Positions 28,346 to 38,286 are shown, numbered from the stretch's first letter. The stretch: 64,000 bases of DNA from Verrucomicrobiales bacterium (GCA_047638715.1 JBLIMK010000003.1:17161-81160), one strand, 5' to 3'. Notes: generated by a model not told the origin, from the sequence alone. Numbers and translations are program-made.

Positions 28346-29113
28346 TTAGAGCGCGTCGACGAACTCGAGGATCGCGCTCTGTTGGTCATCCCCGAACCCG
28401 TAAATGAGGCTGCTGCCTTCGGTCAGATCTCCCGAAACCACCATCATCTGGCTATTCGCACGTACCCCAAAAGCTTGCCAGGTGGCGAAACTCGGATCCC
28501 ACAACATCGTCGGCGTCTCGAGGTCACCTTCGTCGAGGAAGCGATAGGCGAACGCGAAATCGTCCTGTGCTCCTACGCCAATGACCTGGACCTTGTCTTC
28601 GTTGTCTCGAGCGAACTGCTCGACGTCAGGCGCCTCACGGCGACAGGTCGGTCAATGCGGGGCAAAGAACCAGAGCAGAACAGGGCGGTCTCCCTTGACG
28701 ACCTGACGAAGCGTCGCGACGCCACCGTCGGCGACCGTCAACACCTCGATGTCGAGGACGTCGTCAGCGGGCTGCAGGTTCGCTTGGTTTACCGCTGCGT
28801 TCGCTTCGGCGTCTTCGGCACTCAATCGGGTGATCGTGAGGCCTGTTTCATTTGAGGTAGTTGCGACCGCACCTTCGGGAACGTCGGACTCCGCTACATC
28901 GGCTGTGTTATCGGAGGTCTCTGTTTTATCAGAACTGTCGGAGGAGGCCGGAGCTGCGTCTTGTGCCGCCGGCGCGGGTGCAGCGATGGCCGCCGCTGAG
29001 CTCACTTCGCCGCCACCGCCACCGCTACCGCACGCCGCTAAAGCGAGGGCGAATGCGGGGACCGCCACAAGCGCGAGTCGTCGGACTCCAGGGCGCGTCA
29101 TATCAGGATGCAT
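28346..29113 (-). CDS. TlpA/thioredoxin-fold redoxin lipoprotein with selenocysteine (TGA at 28654-28652)
   Basis: Lipobox LAAC; RPVLLWFFAPH-TGA-PTCRREAP continues in frame for 101 aa of thioredoxin fold to TAA 28348-28346. Start could be 29101, 29113 or 29170. Confidence 0.85.
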
Positions 29114-29173
29114 GAGGGCCGTAACCCACGTTCGGGGGATCGTATTCGCGTTATTCGGAAGAATTTTCATTCA

Positions 29174-29842
29174 TCATTCTCGAAAGTCAACGTAATCGTC
29201 GAGCGGTGCTCGCGTGGTTCGCAGCTCGTTAATGACGTGATCGGTGTCTTCGTATCCCATGGCCATCCCCACGATCATTCGCTGGTCGGCTGGGAGTTCG
29301 AGATGTTGGTGGATCACGTCTTCAAATTCGCGCCACGCGGCCTGCGGACAGGTGTGTAGCCCATGTTCGCGAGCGAGCGTCATGACGTTCGACATGTAAA
29401 GACCGAGGTCCATCCAACCGCCATAACTCATGCTCTCGTGAAGGGTAAAGATCATCCCAACAGGCGCATCGAAGAACTGAAAGTTCTTGCGCGCCTGCGC
29501 GGCCATCTTGTCGTACTCACCTTTTTGTATCCCGACCAGGCCGTACATGTCCCAACCGATCTTGCGACGGCGAGCGAGATACGGCTCGACGAATTCGGCG
29601 GGATAGTACGCGTCGTCCGTCGAGCTGTTGCCCGAATCGAAGGCCGCCTGCACGGCATCGACCAGGTCGTTTTTGGCGTCACCCTGTAGCACCACCACCT
29701 GCCATGGCTGGATGTTGGTCCCCGACGGTGCACGAGCCGCGTCGGTCAAGATCGCTCGAAGGAGACCCTCGGGAACCGGCTTCTCGGTGAAGGCGCGGAT
29801 CGAACGTCGACTGGTGATGGCTTCGGTTGCGCTCATGGACAT
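29174..29842 (-). CDS. Nitroreductase
   Basis: SRRSIRAF, APSGTNIQPW, FFDAPVG, GLHTCPQ, GMAMGY. Confidence 0.93.
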   Translation of the reverse strand: MSMSATEAITSRRSIRAFTEKPVPEGLLRAILTDAARAPSGTNIQPWQVVVLQGDAKNDLVDAVQAAFDSGNSSTDDAYYPAEFVEPYLARRRKIGWDMYGLVGIQKGEYDKMAAQARKNFQFFDAPVGMIFTLHESMSYGGWMDLGLYMSNVMTLAREHGLHTCPQAAWREFEDVIHQHLELPADQRMIVGMAMGYEDTDHVINELRTTRAPLDDYVDFRE

Positions 29843-29851
29843 GGCTGAAAC

Positions 29852-30835
29852 CTACTGGTCGAGCGTTCCAAGATGAGCGGTCGAATCGCTCGGCGTCTCA
29901 TCTGGCCAATTCGTCCGCCAGACCTCGAGCGACCACGGCCCGACCTCTACCGGGTCAACTCTGATAAAGCCGGGTTGTGGATCGACCAAAGGTGCAATGA
30001 CGACATCGTGATCGGGCGCGAGGAACCAGGGGAACGCGTACCGCTCGGCTCCGGTCGCATTGACGACCTTGTGCGGCGTGGAGGTAAATCGCCCTCCCGA
30101 CCAGACCTCCATCATGTCGCCCGTATTGACGAGCAATGCGCTCGTGGGACAGGTGGCCTCGACCCAGTCACCATCGCGGGTGCGCACGAACAGACCACCG
30201 ACCGGGTCGGGGTGGAGCACGGTAAAGACATTCGTGTCCTTGTGCGGATGGATGCCGAGGACATTCTCGTCGGGCGTTGACGGCGGGTAGTGCAACAGGG
30301 TCATGTTGGTGACCGGGCGGGCGAATTGTTTCGCCATGTCACCCTGGCTTAGCCCGAGGACCTGTTCGAACGCAGCCAACAACGCTCTGGCCAAGCAATC
30401 ACACCCATTCCAGTACTCGAGGACCGTGTCGCGCATCGCCGGCGGATGTTCGGCCCACCGATTGGGACCATAGATGGCCGACTCTGCACAAAGCGGATCG
30501 TTCGCGTCGACTTCCCAGTGCAGCTTGAAACCCTCGTATCGATCGGCGGTAGGCGCGTCGGGATCGTCGCGATTCGGGGTGAAGAAACCGAGCGGTATGA
30601 AGCCGCGATAGTTGTGCCGCGTGATCGCCTGTCGAAACTTGTCCTCTTCGCTGACGGAGAAGAGCTCGGCCACCATTGCTCGCATCCGTGCCAGAAGGTC
30701 TGGCGAGATGCCGTGGCCGGTAATCGAGAAGAAGCCGACGGTCTCGGCTGCGTGAGCCAGCGAGGCGCTCACGGCGCGATGATCTGCCTCTTCATCGAAC
30801 AGCGGAGCAATGTCGATCACGGGAATGACGCTCAT
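29852..30835 (-). CDS. 2-oxoglutarate/Fe(II) oxygenase (isopenicillin N synthase family)
   Basis: IPVIDI, GFFSITGHGI, HKD iron motif, NTGDMM..WSGG.F.STPHKV, RYA. Confidence 0.92.
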   Translation of the reverse strand: MSVIPVIDIAPLFDEEADHRAVSASLAHAAETVGFFSITGHGISPDLLARMRAMVAELFSVSEEDKFRQAITRHNYRGFIPLGFFTPNRDDPDAPTADRYEGFKLHWEVDANDPLCAESAIYGPNRWAEHPPAMRDTVLEYWNGCDCLARALLAAFEQVLGLSQGDMAKQFARPVTNMTLLHYPPSTPDENVLGIHPHKDTNVFTVLHPDPVGGLFVRTRDGDWVEATCPTSALLVNTGDMMEVWSGGRFTSTPHKVVNATGAERYAFPWFLAPDHDVVIAPLVDPQPGFIRVDPVEVGPWSLEVWRTNWPDETPSDSTAHLGTLDQ

Positions 30836-30884
30836 ACCCCAAGGTTACGCGGCCACGCGTATGCCGACCTGTCAGACTTGCGCC

Positions 30885-31541
30885 ATGGAACCCGCAGAAA
30901 CGTTCTCGTCAGCAGAGGTCAGCCAGATGACCGGCTTAGACGATTGGAGGGTCTTACTCCGCACGATGCACGCCTCGTTCAAGACCAGCTCGATGGCCAA
31001 GGGCATCGAGTTCGCCGCGCGCATTGGCCCAATCGCCGACGACGCAAACCATCATCCCGACATAACGCTCTCCTATCCACGGGTTCGGGTCATGCTCACA
31101 ACCCACGAGACCAACGGGTTGACAAATCGAGACGTCGACCTCGCCAAGAAGATCTCGGCGATCGCGGCCGAGCTCGGAATCGCCGCAGAAGAACCAGCGG
31201 CTGTGGCCCAGATCGAGATCGCGATCGATGCGCTCGACATCGCCGCGGTGAAACCGTTTTGGGAGGCGGTGCTCGGGTACTCCCCCGACGGCGAGGACAG
31301 CAGCGATCCTCTCAACCACTCCCCCGCATTGTGGTTTCAGCAGATGGATGCGCCGCGTCCGCAACGAAACCGGATCCACATCGACATCTCCGTTCCTCAC
31401 GACGTTGCTGAGCGGCGAGTCGCCGATGCCGTCGCAGCTGGAGGAACCGTGCTGTCCACAGATCGGGTTCCAGCCTTTTGGGTTCTCGCCGACCCCGAGG
31501 GCAACGAGGTTTGCGTCTGCACGTGGCAGGCGCGGGGCTGA
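30885..31541 (+). CDS. Pterin-4a-carbinolamine dehydratase-VOC fusion protein
   Basis: NHHPDITLSY..LTTHE..LT.RDVDLA then FWEAVLGY, RNRIHID, VLADPEGNE. Confidence 0.9.
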   Translation: MEPAETFSSAEVSQMTGLDDWRVLLRTMHASFKTSSMAKGIEFAARIGPIADDANHHPDITLSYPRVRVMLTTHETNGLTNRDVDLAKKISAIAAELGIAAEEPAAVAQIEIAIDALDIAAVKPFWEAVLGYSPDGEDSSDPLNHSPALWFQQMDAPRPQRNRIHIDISVPHDVAERRVADAVAAGGTVLSTDRVPAFWVLADPEGNEVCVCTWQARG

Positions 31542-31559
31542 ACGGACTTCGCCGCTGGG

Positions 31560-32381
31560 TCAGTGCTCGGCGGTCACGAAGTCGATCATCTGCTCGACGG
31601 CACCCACCATCGGGATCTCAAGATCGCGGAACGTACTCACTCGGCTCAGGAGGCCTTTCCAGAAGATCCCGGGCTCGCCCGTGGCACCGAAGTGAGCCAT
31701 GACGCCCTTCTTCCATTCGGTACCCATTGGGATGGTCGGCCAAGCCTCGATGCCCGCAACCTCGGGGCGAATGGTCTGCCACACGTCGACGTATGGATGG
31801 CCGACGATCAGCACATCGGGGTTGCTGACCTGGCTGGCAATACGGGACTCCTTCGAGCCGTCGATCAGATGGTCGAGCAGCACCGCGACGCGTCGCCCAG
31901 AACGGGGCCCAAACCGCGACACCCGTTCGACGAGATCGTCGGCGCCTTCCATCTGTTCCACGACCACGCCTTCAACGCGGAGATCGTCACCCCAAACTTT
32001 TTCGATGAGTTCGGCGTCGTGGATCCCCTCGACCCAAATCCGACTCGCCCTCGCCATGCGGGCAGGGATAACGCCCGGATCGACAGACCCCGACGCGGTA
32101 AAACTGACCTCGGGCTCGGTCTCATGAACGGTCGGTGGGCGCAGCGTGATGGGACTGCCATCGACCATGAACGCCCCCGGTCGAGGAACGATGTTGTGAT
32201 CGCGTCCGTGCCGATCACGGATGACGACCAGCTGCGGTTTGAACGAAACGATCGCACCGACCGTGCCCGATGCGCGATGTTCGATCACGACACCCATAGA
32301 TGCGGCCACAGGCGGATACACCGGTTTCGAATGCCGAGGTGCTTCGAGGTCGATGGGTTCGGAGAGAATGCCGTCGCTCAC
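31560..32381 (-). CDS. DUF3097 family protein
   Basis: TASGS, ASRIWVEGIHDAELIEKVWGDDLRVEG, LLDHLIDGSKESRIA, GHPYVDVWQ. Confidence 0.88.
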   Translation of the reverse strand: MSDGILSEPIDLEAPRHSKPVYPPVAASMGVVIEHRASGTVGAIVSFKPQLVVIRDRHGRDHNIVPRPGAFMVDGSPITLRPPTVHETEPEVSFTASGSVDPGVIPARMARASRIWVEGIHDAELIEKVWGDDLRVEGVVVEQMEGADDLVERVSRFGPRSGRRVAVLLDHLIDGSKESRIASQVSNPDVLIVGHPYVDVWQTIRPEVAGIEAWPTIPMGTEWKKGVMAHFGATGEPGIFWKGLLSRVSTFRDLEIPMVGAVEQMIDFVTAEH

Positions 32382-32472
32382 AAGGCCAGACTAGTTGAGC
32401 GCTGGTTGCGGGCTGGGACACCCAAAGGCGGCGCCGCGGCGCCGGTTTGGTGGCCACGAGCGCTCAGGATCG

Positions 32473-32494
32473 TGTCATACCCGAGCAGTAGGTT
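32473..32494 (+). promoter_or_regulatory. RecA-NDp/PafBC-like promoter of the HNH remnant
   Basis: TGTCAT-N10-TAGGTT. Confidence 0.5.
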
Positions 32495-32528
32495 TTTGTT
32501 GATAAACCAACGAACTTCTGGGGCGATA

Positions 32529-32860
32529 ATGCACGACACCATGACCAATACCGACCGCCTGTTGACCATCGACGACGCCGAACTCGACAACATGGCACTC
32601 GAACAGCTCGAGGCATAGATCGCTGGCTTCGCATCGCGGCTCGCCGCCGCCACAGCGCACCGCAAGAGAACTCGTCGCCGGCATCGACGCCCTCACCAAC
32701 ACCGACGAGTCCTGGAACGACGCGACCACACCATGTGCCAATTCCCCGGCTGCGAAGCCGAACACCGGCTCCACGCCCACCACGTCACCCACTGGGTCCA
32801 CGGCGGCAAAACCGAGCTCGCCAACCTCATCTCGTTATGCCACTTCCATCACCGCCTGAA
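32529..32860 (+). pseudogene. Decayed DUF222-HNH endonuclease (13E12-type) gene
   Basis: N-terminal LEQLEA*IAGFASRLAAATA broken by TAG at 32616-32618, then CQFPGC..HAHHVTHWVHGGKTELANLISLCHFHHR HNH motif; most of the gene body is missing. Confidence 0.8.
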
Positions 32861-32874
32861 GCGCCCGCCGGCCA

Positions 32875-32920
32875 CACGGAGTCACGGAGTCACGGAGTCA
32901 CGGAGTCACGGAGTCACGGA
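32875..32920. repeat. 8-bp tandem repeat (CACGGAGT)x5.75
   Basis: Five exact units plus CACGGA. Confidence 0.95.
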
Positions 32921-33045
32921 AACATCGGAATGATCGAGGACCGCGTCCGTATCCATCAGCGAGTGTCCGGCTGAAACTGAGAACGTCTCGATGGGTCATC
33001 ATTCCGGGGATCTCGACGTGAAGTGTCGAGGTGTAGCCTCGAAAA

Positions 33046-34725
33046 GTGATCGGCCGAGTGCTTGGAACTGACGACGCGACGCCATTGCAATTTTGGGTGG
33101 CGATCGCCGAGGGTGGCATGCTGCAGCTCGACGACGTCGTTGCACTCGACCGGGTTCTCCCGACCGGTGAACAGATCTCGATCTACGGCATCGTGAATCA
33201 GGTGCGCGCCCGCCACGAGGGCGCCACTTTTGACAGCGATGTGTTCCTTATCGCCGACGGACTGTTGCCCGCCGAGGTCGCCGAAGCCGCCTTGGTGCAG
33301 GTGACGCGAGTCGTACCCGAGGTCTTTGTTCCCGCGCTGCCTGGCACCCCTGTCCGAATCGCTACAGACGCCGAGCGTGATGCGGCACTCGATTTCGACA
33401 GCGTGGTCCGTCGACTTCCAGCGGGCCTGAGTCGGGAGAACGAACCGATCTACCTCGATCTCGATTTCGTCGATGGAACAAAAGGCGCACACGTCAACAT
33501 CTCGGGCATCTCCGGTGTGGCGACCAAGACGAGCTACGCGACATTTCTCCTCTACTCCCTCTTCAACAGCGGGGTGCTCGGTCGCGAAGCAGCGACCACC
33601 AAGGGCCTGATCTTCAACGTAAAGGGTGAAGATCTCCTCTTTCTCGACTCACCGAACATCGACCTGTCGGCCGACCAAGCCGCCCGATATCAACACCTCG
33701 GCCTCGAGCCTGAGCCGTTTCGCAGCGTCGGGATTGTGGCCCCTCCTCGACGGGGCGACAGCGCAGCGACACCCGCCGTCGGAGCGAGAAGCACGGGGGT
33801 CCTGCCTTTCTTTTGGACGCTCGATACGTTCTGTCGCTCGAACCTCTTGCCATTCCTTTTTGCCGATGCTGAAGACGAACGCCAGCAGTACACGATCGTT
33901 GTGCAATCGGTCGCGGCACAGCTCAACGCCGCCGTGCGTAACGAGCCCTCGCCAGACGGCGCTGTACGACTCGACGGCCAAACCATTCGCACGTTCTCAC
34001 AGCTCGTCGACTTCATCGAGCGAAAGCTCATCCCGGATGACCTCGATGAAAAACCCGACCAGCGATGGACCGGTCGCGCTGTTAGCGGTGGCAGCATCAA
34101 TGCCTTCGTCCGCAGACTCGCGAGCTCGGTCCGACACGTCGAGCACCTGATCCGAGCCGATGTCGACGATGCTCCGCAATACTCTCTCGACCTCGACCGA
34201 AATCAACTCACCGTCGTCGACATTCATCAACTGCACGACCGAGCAAAACGTTTCGTCGTCGGTGTCGTACTTCGACAGGCATTCGACGAGAAAGAGGCCT
34301 CGGGCGTCGCCAAACCTTTGCAGTTCATCGTCCTCGATGAACTGAACAAATATGCGCCGCGGGACTCCTCGAGCCCGATCAAAGAGCTCCTGCTCGACGT
34401 CGCCGAACGCGGACGTTCGCTCGGCATCATCTTGATCGGCGCTCAGCAGACGGCAAGCGAAGTCGAGCGGCGAGTCGTCGCGAACAGCGCAATCCGAGTC
34501 GTTGGGCGATTGGACACAGCCGAGGCCGGCCGAGATCAATATGGCTTCCTCCCGGGAGTACAACGCCAACGAGCAACGATTCTCAAACCAGGCTCGATGT
34601 ACTTGAGTCAACCTCGTCTGCCGATCCCACTCCTGATCGAGTTTCCGTTCCCCTCATGGGCAACACGCAGCGCTGAAGCAGCCCCAACGGTATCCAATTC
34701 CCGCGATCCATTCGAAGGCCTCTGA
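33046..34725 (+). CDS. herA: HerA-family ATPase/DNA translocase
   Basis: N-terminal HAS-barrel-like region, HVNISGISGVATKTS Walker A variant, FNVKGED, IVLDELNKYAP Walker B, ERGRSLG, GAQQ. Confidence 0.88.
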   Translation: MIGRVLGTDDATPLQFWVAIAEGGMLQLDDVVALDRVLPTGEQISIYGIVNQVRARHEGATFDSDVFLIADGLLPAEVAEAALVQVTRVVPEVFVPALPGTPVRIATDAERDAALDFDSVVRRLPAGLSRENEPIYLDLDFVDGTKGAHVNISGISGVATKTSYATFLLYSLFNSGVLGREAATTKGLIFNVKGEDLLFLDSPNIDLSADQAARYQHLGLEPEPFRSVGIVAPPRRGDSAATPAVGARSTGVLPFFWTLDTFCRSNLLPFLFADAEDERQQYTIVVQSVAAQLNAAVRNEPSPDGAVRLDGQTIRTFSQLVDFIERKLIPDDLDEKPDQRWTGRAVSGGSINAFVRRLASSVRHVEHLIRADVDDAPQYSLDLDRNQLTVVDIHQLHDRAKRFVVGVVLRQAFDEKEASGVAKPLQFIVLDELNKYAPRDSSSPIKELLLDVAERGRSLGIILIGAQQTASEVERRVVANSAIRVVGRLDTAEAGRDQYGFLPGVQRQRATILKPGSMYLSQPRLPIPLLIEFPFPSWATRSAEAAPTVSNSRDPFEGL

Positions 34726-34726
34726 C

Positions 34727-35887
34727 ATGGCGGTTCGAGTACTCCACACCTCGGACTGGCACATCGGCAAGACCATCAGAGGGCTGAGTCGGGCCGACGA
34801 GCATCGAGCTGTCCTTGCTGAGGTCGTCGAAATCGCCCGGTCAGAAGCGGTGGACCTCATCCTCGTCTGCGGCGATCTCTTCGAGACATCGGCTCCGACC
34901 GCGGAGTCCGAGTCGATTGCTTGGCAGGCATTACTGGAGCTCGCGGACGTCGCGGGAAACGTGGTGGTCATCGCAGGCAACCACGACAACCCGCGTCGTC
35001 TCGATGCACTCCGAGACCTCATGCGACGCGGGAACATTCACGTCGTCGCAGAACCTCGCCGGCCGGACGACGGTGGTGTCATCGGGCTCGACGTCGACGG
35101 TGTTCGAGTTGAGATCGCGGCGCTTCCGTTCGTGTCGAAACGCGGCATTATCCGTGCGAACGAACTTATGCATGACGCCGCCCACGAACACGCCGGGGTT
35201 TACTCCGATCGGGTTCGATCGATCCTCGCAGCACTCGACGCCGCATGCACGAACGACGCGATCCGAATCATCACCGCTCATGGCTTTGTCCTCGGCGGAG
35301 GCGCAGGCGGCGGTGAGCGACCCGCACATCTTTCCGATGACTATGCGATTCCTGCGCAGGTCTTCCCGGTCGGGGTTTCCTATGTAGCTCTCGGTCATTT
35401 ACACCGGGCGCAGAAAATTCCCGGCCCGACGGCGATCTACTACAGCGGGTCATTGTTGCAGCTCGACTTCGGCGACCCGGATGCGTCGAAGTCGGTCTCG
35501 ATCGTCGAACTCGAAGCCGGGGCCCCAGCTGCCGTCACCCAAGTTCCGCTGACGGCAGGGCGCCCCCTTAGAACGATCGTCGGGACCCTCGATGAACTCC
35601 GGACACGAAAGATCGGCGACGAATGGTTGCGCGTTCGCGTTCGTGAGGCGCGGCGAGCAGACCTCGCTGACGAGGTTCGTACGTTGTTCGGTCCGCAATG
35701 TGTCGACGTGTTCATCGAGGCCCCCATGGTCATCGAGCAACGTGCACGGGAGCTAGTAGCGACGCGCAGCTCGCGCGAGCTCTACGGCGACTACCTCAAC
35801 AGTCTCGGCGTTAATGACACTCGACTCATCTCGCTTTTCGACGAACTTCTGCAGCAACACGTCGAGGGCGCGGAGGACGAGCTCTAG
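34727..35887 (+). CDS. sbcD: SbcD/Mre11-family nuclease
   Basis: LHTSDWHIG, CGDLFE, AGNHD, TAHG, ALGHLH phosphoesterase motifs. Confidence 0.93.
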   Translation: MAVRVLHTSDWHIGKTIRGLSRADEHRAVLAEVVEIARSEAVDLILVCGDLFETSAPTAESESIAWQALLELADVAGNVVVIAGNHDNPRRLDALRDLMRRGNIHVVAEPRRPDDGGVIGLDVDGVRVEIAALPFVSKRGIIRANELMHDAAHEHAGVYSDRVRSILAALDAACTNDAIRIITAHGFVLGGGAGGGERPAHLSDDYAIPAQVFPVGVSYVALGHLHRAQKIPGPTAIYYSGSLLQLDFGDPDASKSVSIVELEAGAPAAVTQVPLTAGRPLRTIVGTLDELRTRKIGDEWLRVRVREARRADLADEVRTLFGPQCVDVFIEAPMVIEQRARELVATRSSRELYGDYLNSLGVNDTRLISLFDELLQQHVEGAEDEL

Positions 35888-38286
35888 TGCGTCCGCTCCA
35901 GCTAGAGATGCAAGGATTTTCAGCATTCCGGGCGCTGACAACGATCGACTTCCGGGACCACGACCTGATCGCATTCACCGGTCCGACGGGTGCGGGGAAA
36001 TCCACGATCATCGACGGAATCGTCTTTGCGTTGTACGGCTCGGTCACTCGGTACGACAACGAGAAGCTGGTTGCGCCGATCATCAACGCGGTGTCCACAG
36101 AGGCTCGAGTTCGGCTCGACTTTGCGGTCGGTGGCGTGGAGTACACCGCAGTTCGGGTCGTCCGACGCACAGCGAGCGGGGCGAGCACAAAAGAAGCCCG
36201 ACTCGAGCAAGGCAACGTGGTGCTCGCCAGCACAGCGCAGGAACTCTCGGCCGAGGTCGAACGCCTTCTCGGGCTGAACTTCACCCAATTCACAAAGACG
36301 GTCGTTCTTCCCCAGGGCGACTTCGCTCGCTTTCTCACCGAGAAGGCGAGCGCCCGCCAACGTCTCCTTCGGCGGTTGCTCGGCCTCGAGGTTTTTGCCG
36401 AAGTTGGCAAAGCCGCTCGGCAGCGCTCGAAGCAGATCTCGTCACAGGGTCATGGGCTCCACCGAGCACTCAAGGACGGGCAACGCGTATCTGAAGATGA
36501 CATCAATAACCTGACCGCCCGGTTGGACGACCTAGCGGGGTCGCTTGCCGAAGTGGAAGCAGCGCAGTCCATCCGCAGCGCTGGCTCCGCAGAACGAGAT
36601 CGCGCACAAATTCTGTTGGACGATCTCGACGCGCAACTCGACGCCTTGTCGCAGCTGACGGTGCCCGGCGAAGCGAAGTCATTCGCTGTAAGCCTGACCG
36701 AAGCAACCAGCACGGTTGCAACGCTCGACAAGCGGCACGCTGCCACGGAAGGAAGGCTCTCATCGGCAATCGAAACCCGAAGCGACCTGCCGTCCACTGC
36801 AGAATCCGATCAGCTCATCGAGATGCACGAAGAAGTAACCGCCCTCGAGGTGGACGTCTCCGCTGCAACGGACGTGCTCGACGCGAGCGAGTCGTCCCTC
36901 ACAAAAGCGATGGCGGCTGCCGAACATGCACGTGGTGCACTCGAACGGGCCGAAGAATCAGCCGAGCGAACAAGGATCCAAGCGGGGGCGCTAGGCATCG
37001 CAGCAACACTGCAACCCGGCGACCAATGTCCGGTCTGCGACCAACCCGTGGGGCACCTTCCACAACACTCGGCTCACGACTCACCTGGCGACGAAGACCC
37101 CGAGCTAGCCGAAGCTGAACGATCGACCGCAGGAGAGCGGACGATCCGTGCGGTCGCCGATCTCCAGCGCGCGACCACAGCACAAGCGGACGCGAACGCC
37201 CGGGCCGAAGCTGCCACACGAGCGGTCGTGGCTCGCTGGGAGAAGCTGGACGGCAGACCAACGCTGGCCCAAGCTCATGTCGGGCGAAAACGAGCGGTAG
37301 CAGCTGACGCCAAGGTTGAGATCGCCCAATCCGCAGTCGATGAAGCGGCGCTCGCTCTTCTCAAAGCCACAAACGAACTCGACCTCATCGAGCGCAGCGG
37401 GGTCGGGCTTCGGCGACAGTTCACGGCGGCGCGAGACGCGGTGGTCGCTCTCGGCCCACCGAAGCCTTCAGAGGAATCGCTACGCGACGATTGGGCCGAA
37501 ATGGTGGCATGGGGGCAGTCTCAGACGACCGATGTTCGTGCTGCTCAACGCGCCAAGACGAAGGAGATCGCAGGAGCCGACAAACGTGTCGCAGCAGCAG
37601 AGTGTCGGATGCTCAACGCGAGCACGTCGTTCTTCGCACCGGGTGTCGAGCCCGTACCGGACCTTGCATCCGCGATGCTCCAGGACGCGCATGCCGATGC
37701 GCGAATCGTGTTGGCGAACGCCGAGGATCGTCGAGCCCGACAACTCTCTCTCGAAGCGCAACTCGCCGAACTCGACACCGATCGAGCGGTCGCCGACGAG
37801 TTGGGCAAACACCTGGCGTCGGGGATGTTCGAGCGTTGGATCATGGCCGACGTCATGATGGATCTTGCAGATCGGGCATCGATTCGACTGAGCGAACTCT
37901 CCGCCGGCGCCTATTCACTCACTACGAACGGGACCGAATTCGAGATCAGAGATCATCGAAACGCCGATGAGGTGCGAAGCGTCCGGACCTTGTCTGGCGG
38001 AGAGACGTTCCTCACGTCGTTGTCGCTCGCGCTCGCGCTTCGCGACAGCATCACCGACCTCGCCTCGACCGCTACCCCACCACTCGAGTCGATGTTCCTC
38101 GACGAAGGTTTCGGCACCCTCGACTCCGAGACGCTCGACATCGTCGCAGCCGCGATCGAAGACCTCGGGGCCTCTGGGCGAATGATCGGCTTGGTGACAC
38201 ACATCCGCGAGCTCGCCGACCGCGTCCCCACCAGATTCGATGTGCAGCGCGGGACGAACGGCTCCACCGTCACCGAAGTGGCATAG
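35887..38286 (+). CDS. sbcC: SbcC/Rad50-family SMC ATPase
   Basis: GPTGAGKST, LPQGDF, CPVC zinc hook, coiled coils, LSGGE, MFLDEGFGTLD, VTH. Confidence 0.93.
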   Translation: MRPLQLEMQGFSAFRALTTIDFRDHDLIAFTGPTGAGKSTIIDGIVFALYGSVTRYDNEKLVAPIINAVSTEARVRLDFAVGGVEYTAVRVVRRTASGASTKEARLEQGNVVLASTAQELSAEVERLLGLNFTQFTKTVVLPQGDFARFLTEKASARQRLLRRLLGLEVFAEVGKAARQRSKQISSQGHGLHRALKDGQRVSEDDINNLTARLDDLAGSLAEVEAAQSIRSAGSAERDRAQILLDDLDAQLDALSQLTVPGEAKSFAVSLTEATSTVATLDKRHAATEGRLSSAIETRSDLPSTAESDQLIEMHEEVTALEVDVSAATDVLDASESSLTKAMAAAEHARGALERAEESAERTRIQAGALGIAATLQPGDQCPVCDQPVGHLPQHSAHDSPGDEDPELAEAERSTAGERTIRAVADLQRATTAQADANARAEAATRAVVARWEKLDGRPTLAQAHVGRKRAVAADAKVEIAQSAVDEAALALLKATNELDLIERSGVGLRRQFTAARDAVVALGPPKPSEESLRDDWAEMVAWGQSQTTDVRAAQRAKTKEIAGADKRVAAAECRMLNASTSFFAPGVEPVPDLASAMLQDAHADARIVLANAEDRRARQLSLEAQLAELDTDRAVADELGKHLASGMFERWIMADVMMDLADRASIRLSELSAGAYSLTTNGTEFEIRDHRNADEVRSVRTLSGGETFLTSLSLALALRDSITDLASTATPPLESMFLDEGFGTLDSETLDIVAAAIEDLGASGRMIGLVTHIRELADRVPTRFDVQRGTNGSTVTEVA

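Noticed and set aside
28652-28654. Redoxin as a nonsense pseudogene
   Set aside because: The only stop falls exactly on the catalytic Cys position, the rest of the frame is intact and SECIS-like hairpins follow. Sec recoding is more parsimonious, though unproven.
32875-32920. CRISPR array at the 8-mer repeat (also considered for 63429-63488)
   Set aside because: No unique spacers of CRISPR length, too few or too short units, and no cas genes.
33046-34725. HerA as a Sir2-HerA, Nezha or DUF4297-type defence system
   Set aside because: No Sir2 or similar effector is adjacent; the partners are SbcD, SbcC and NurA, and composition looks native.
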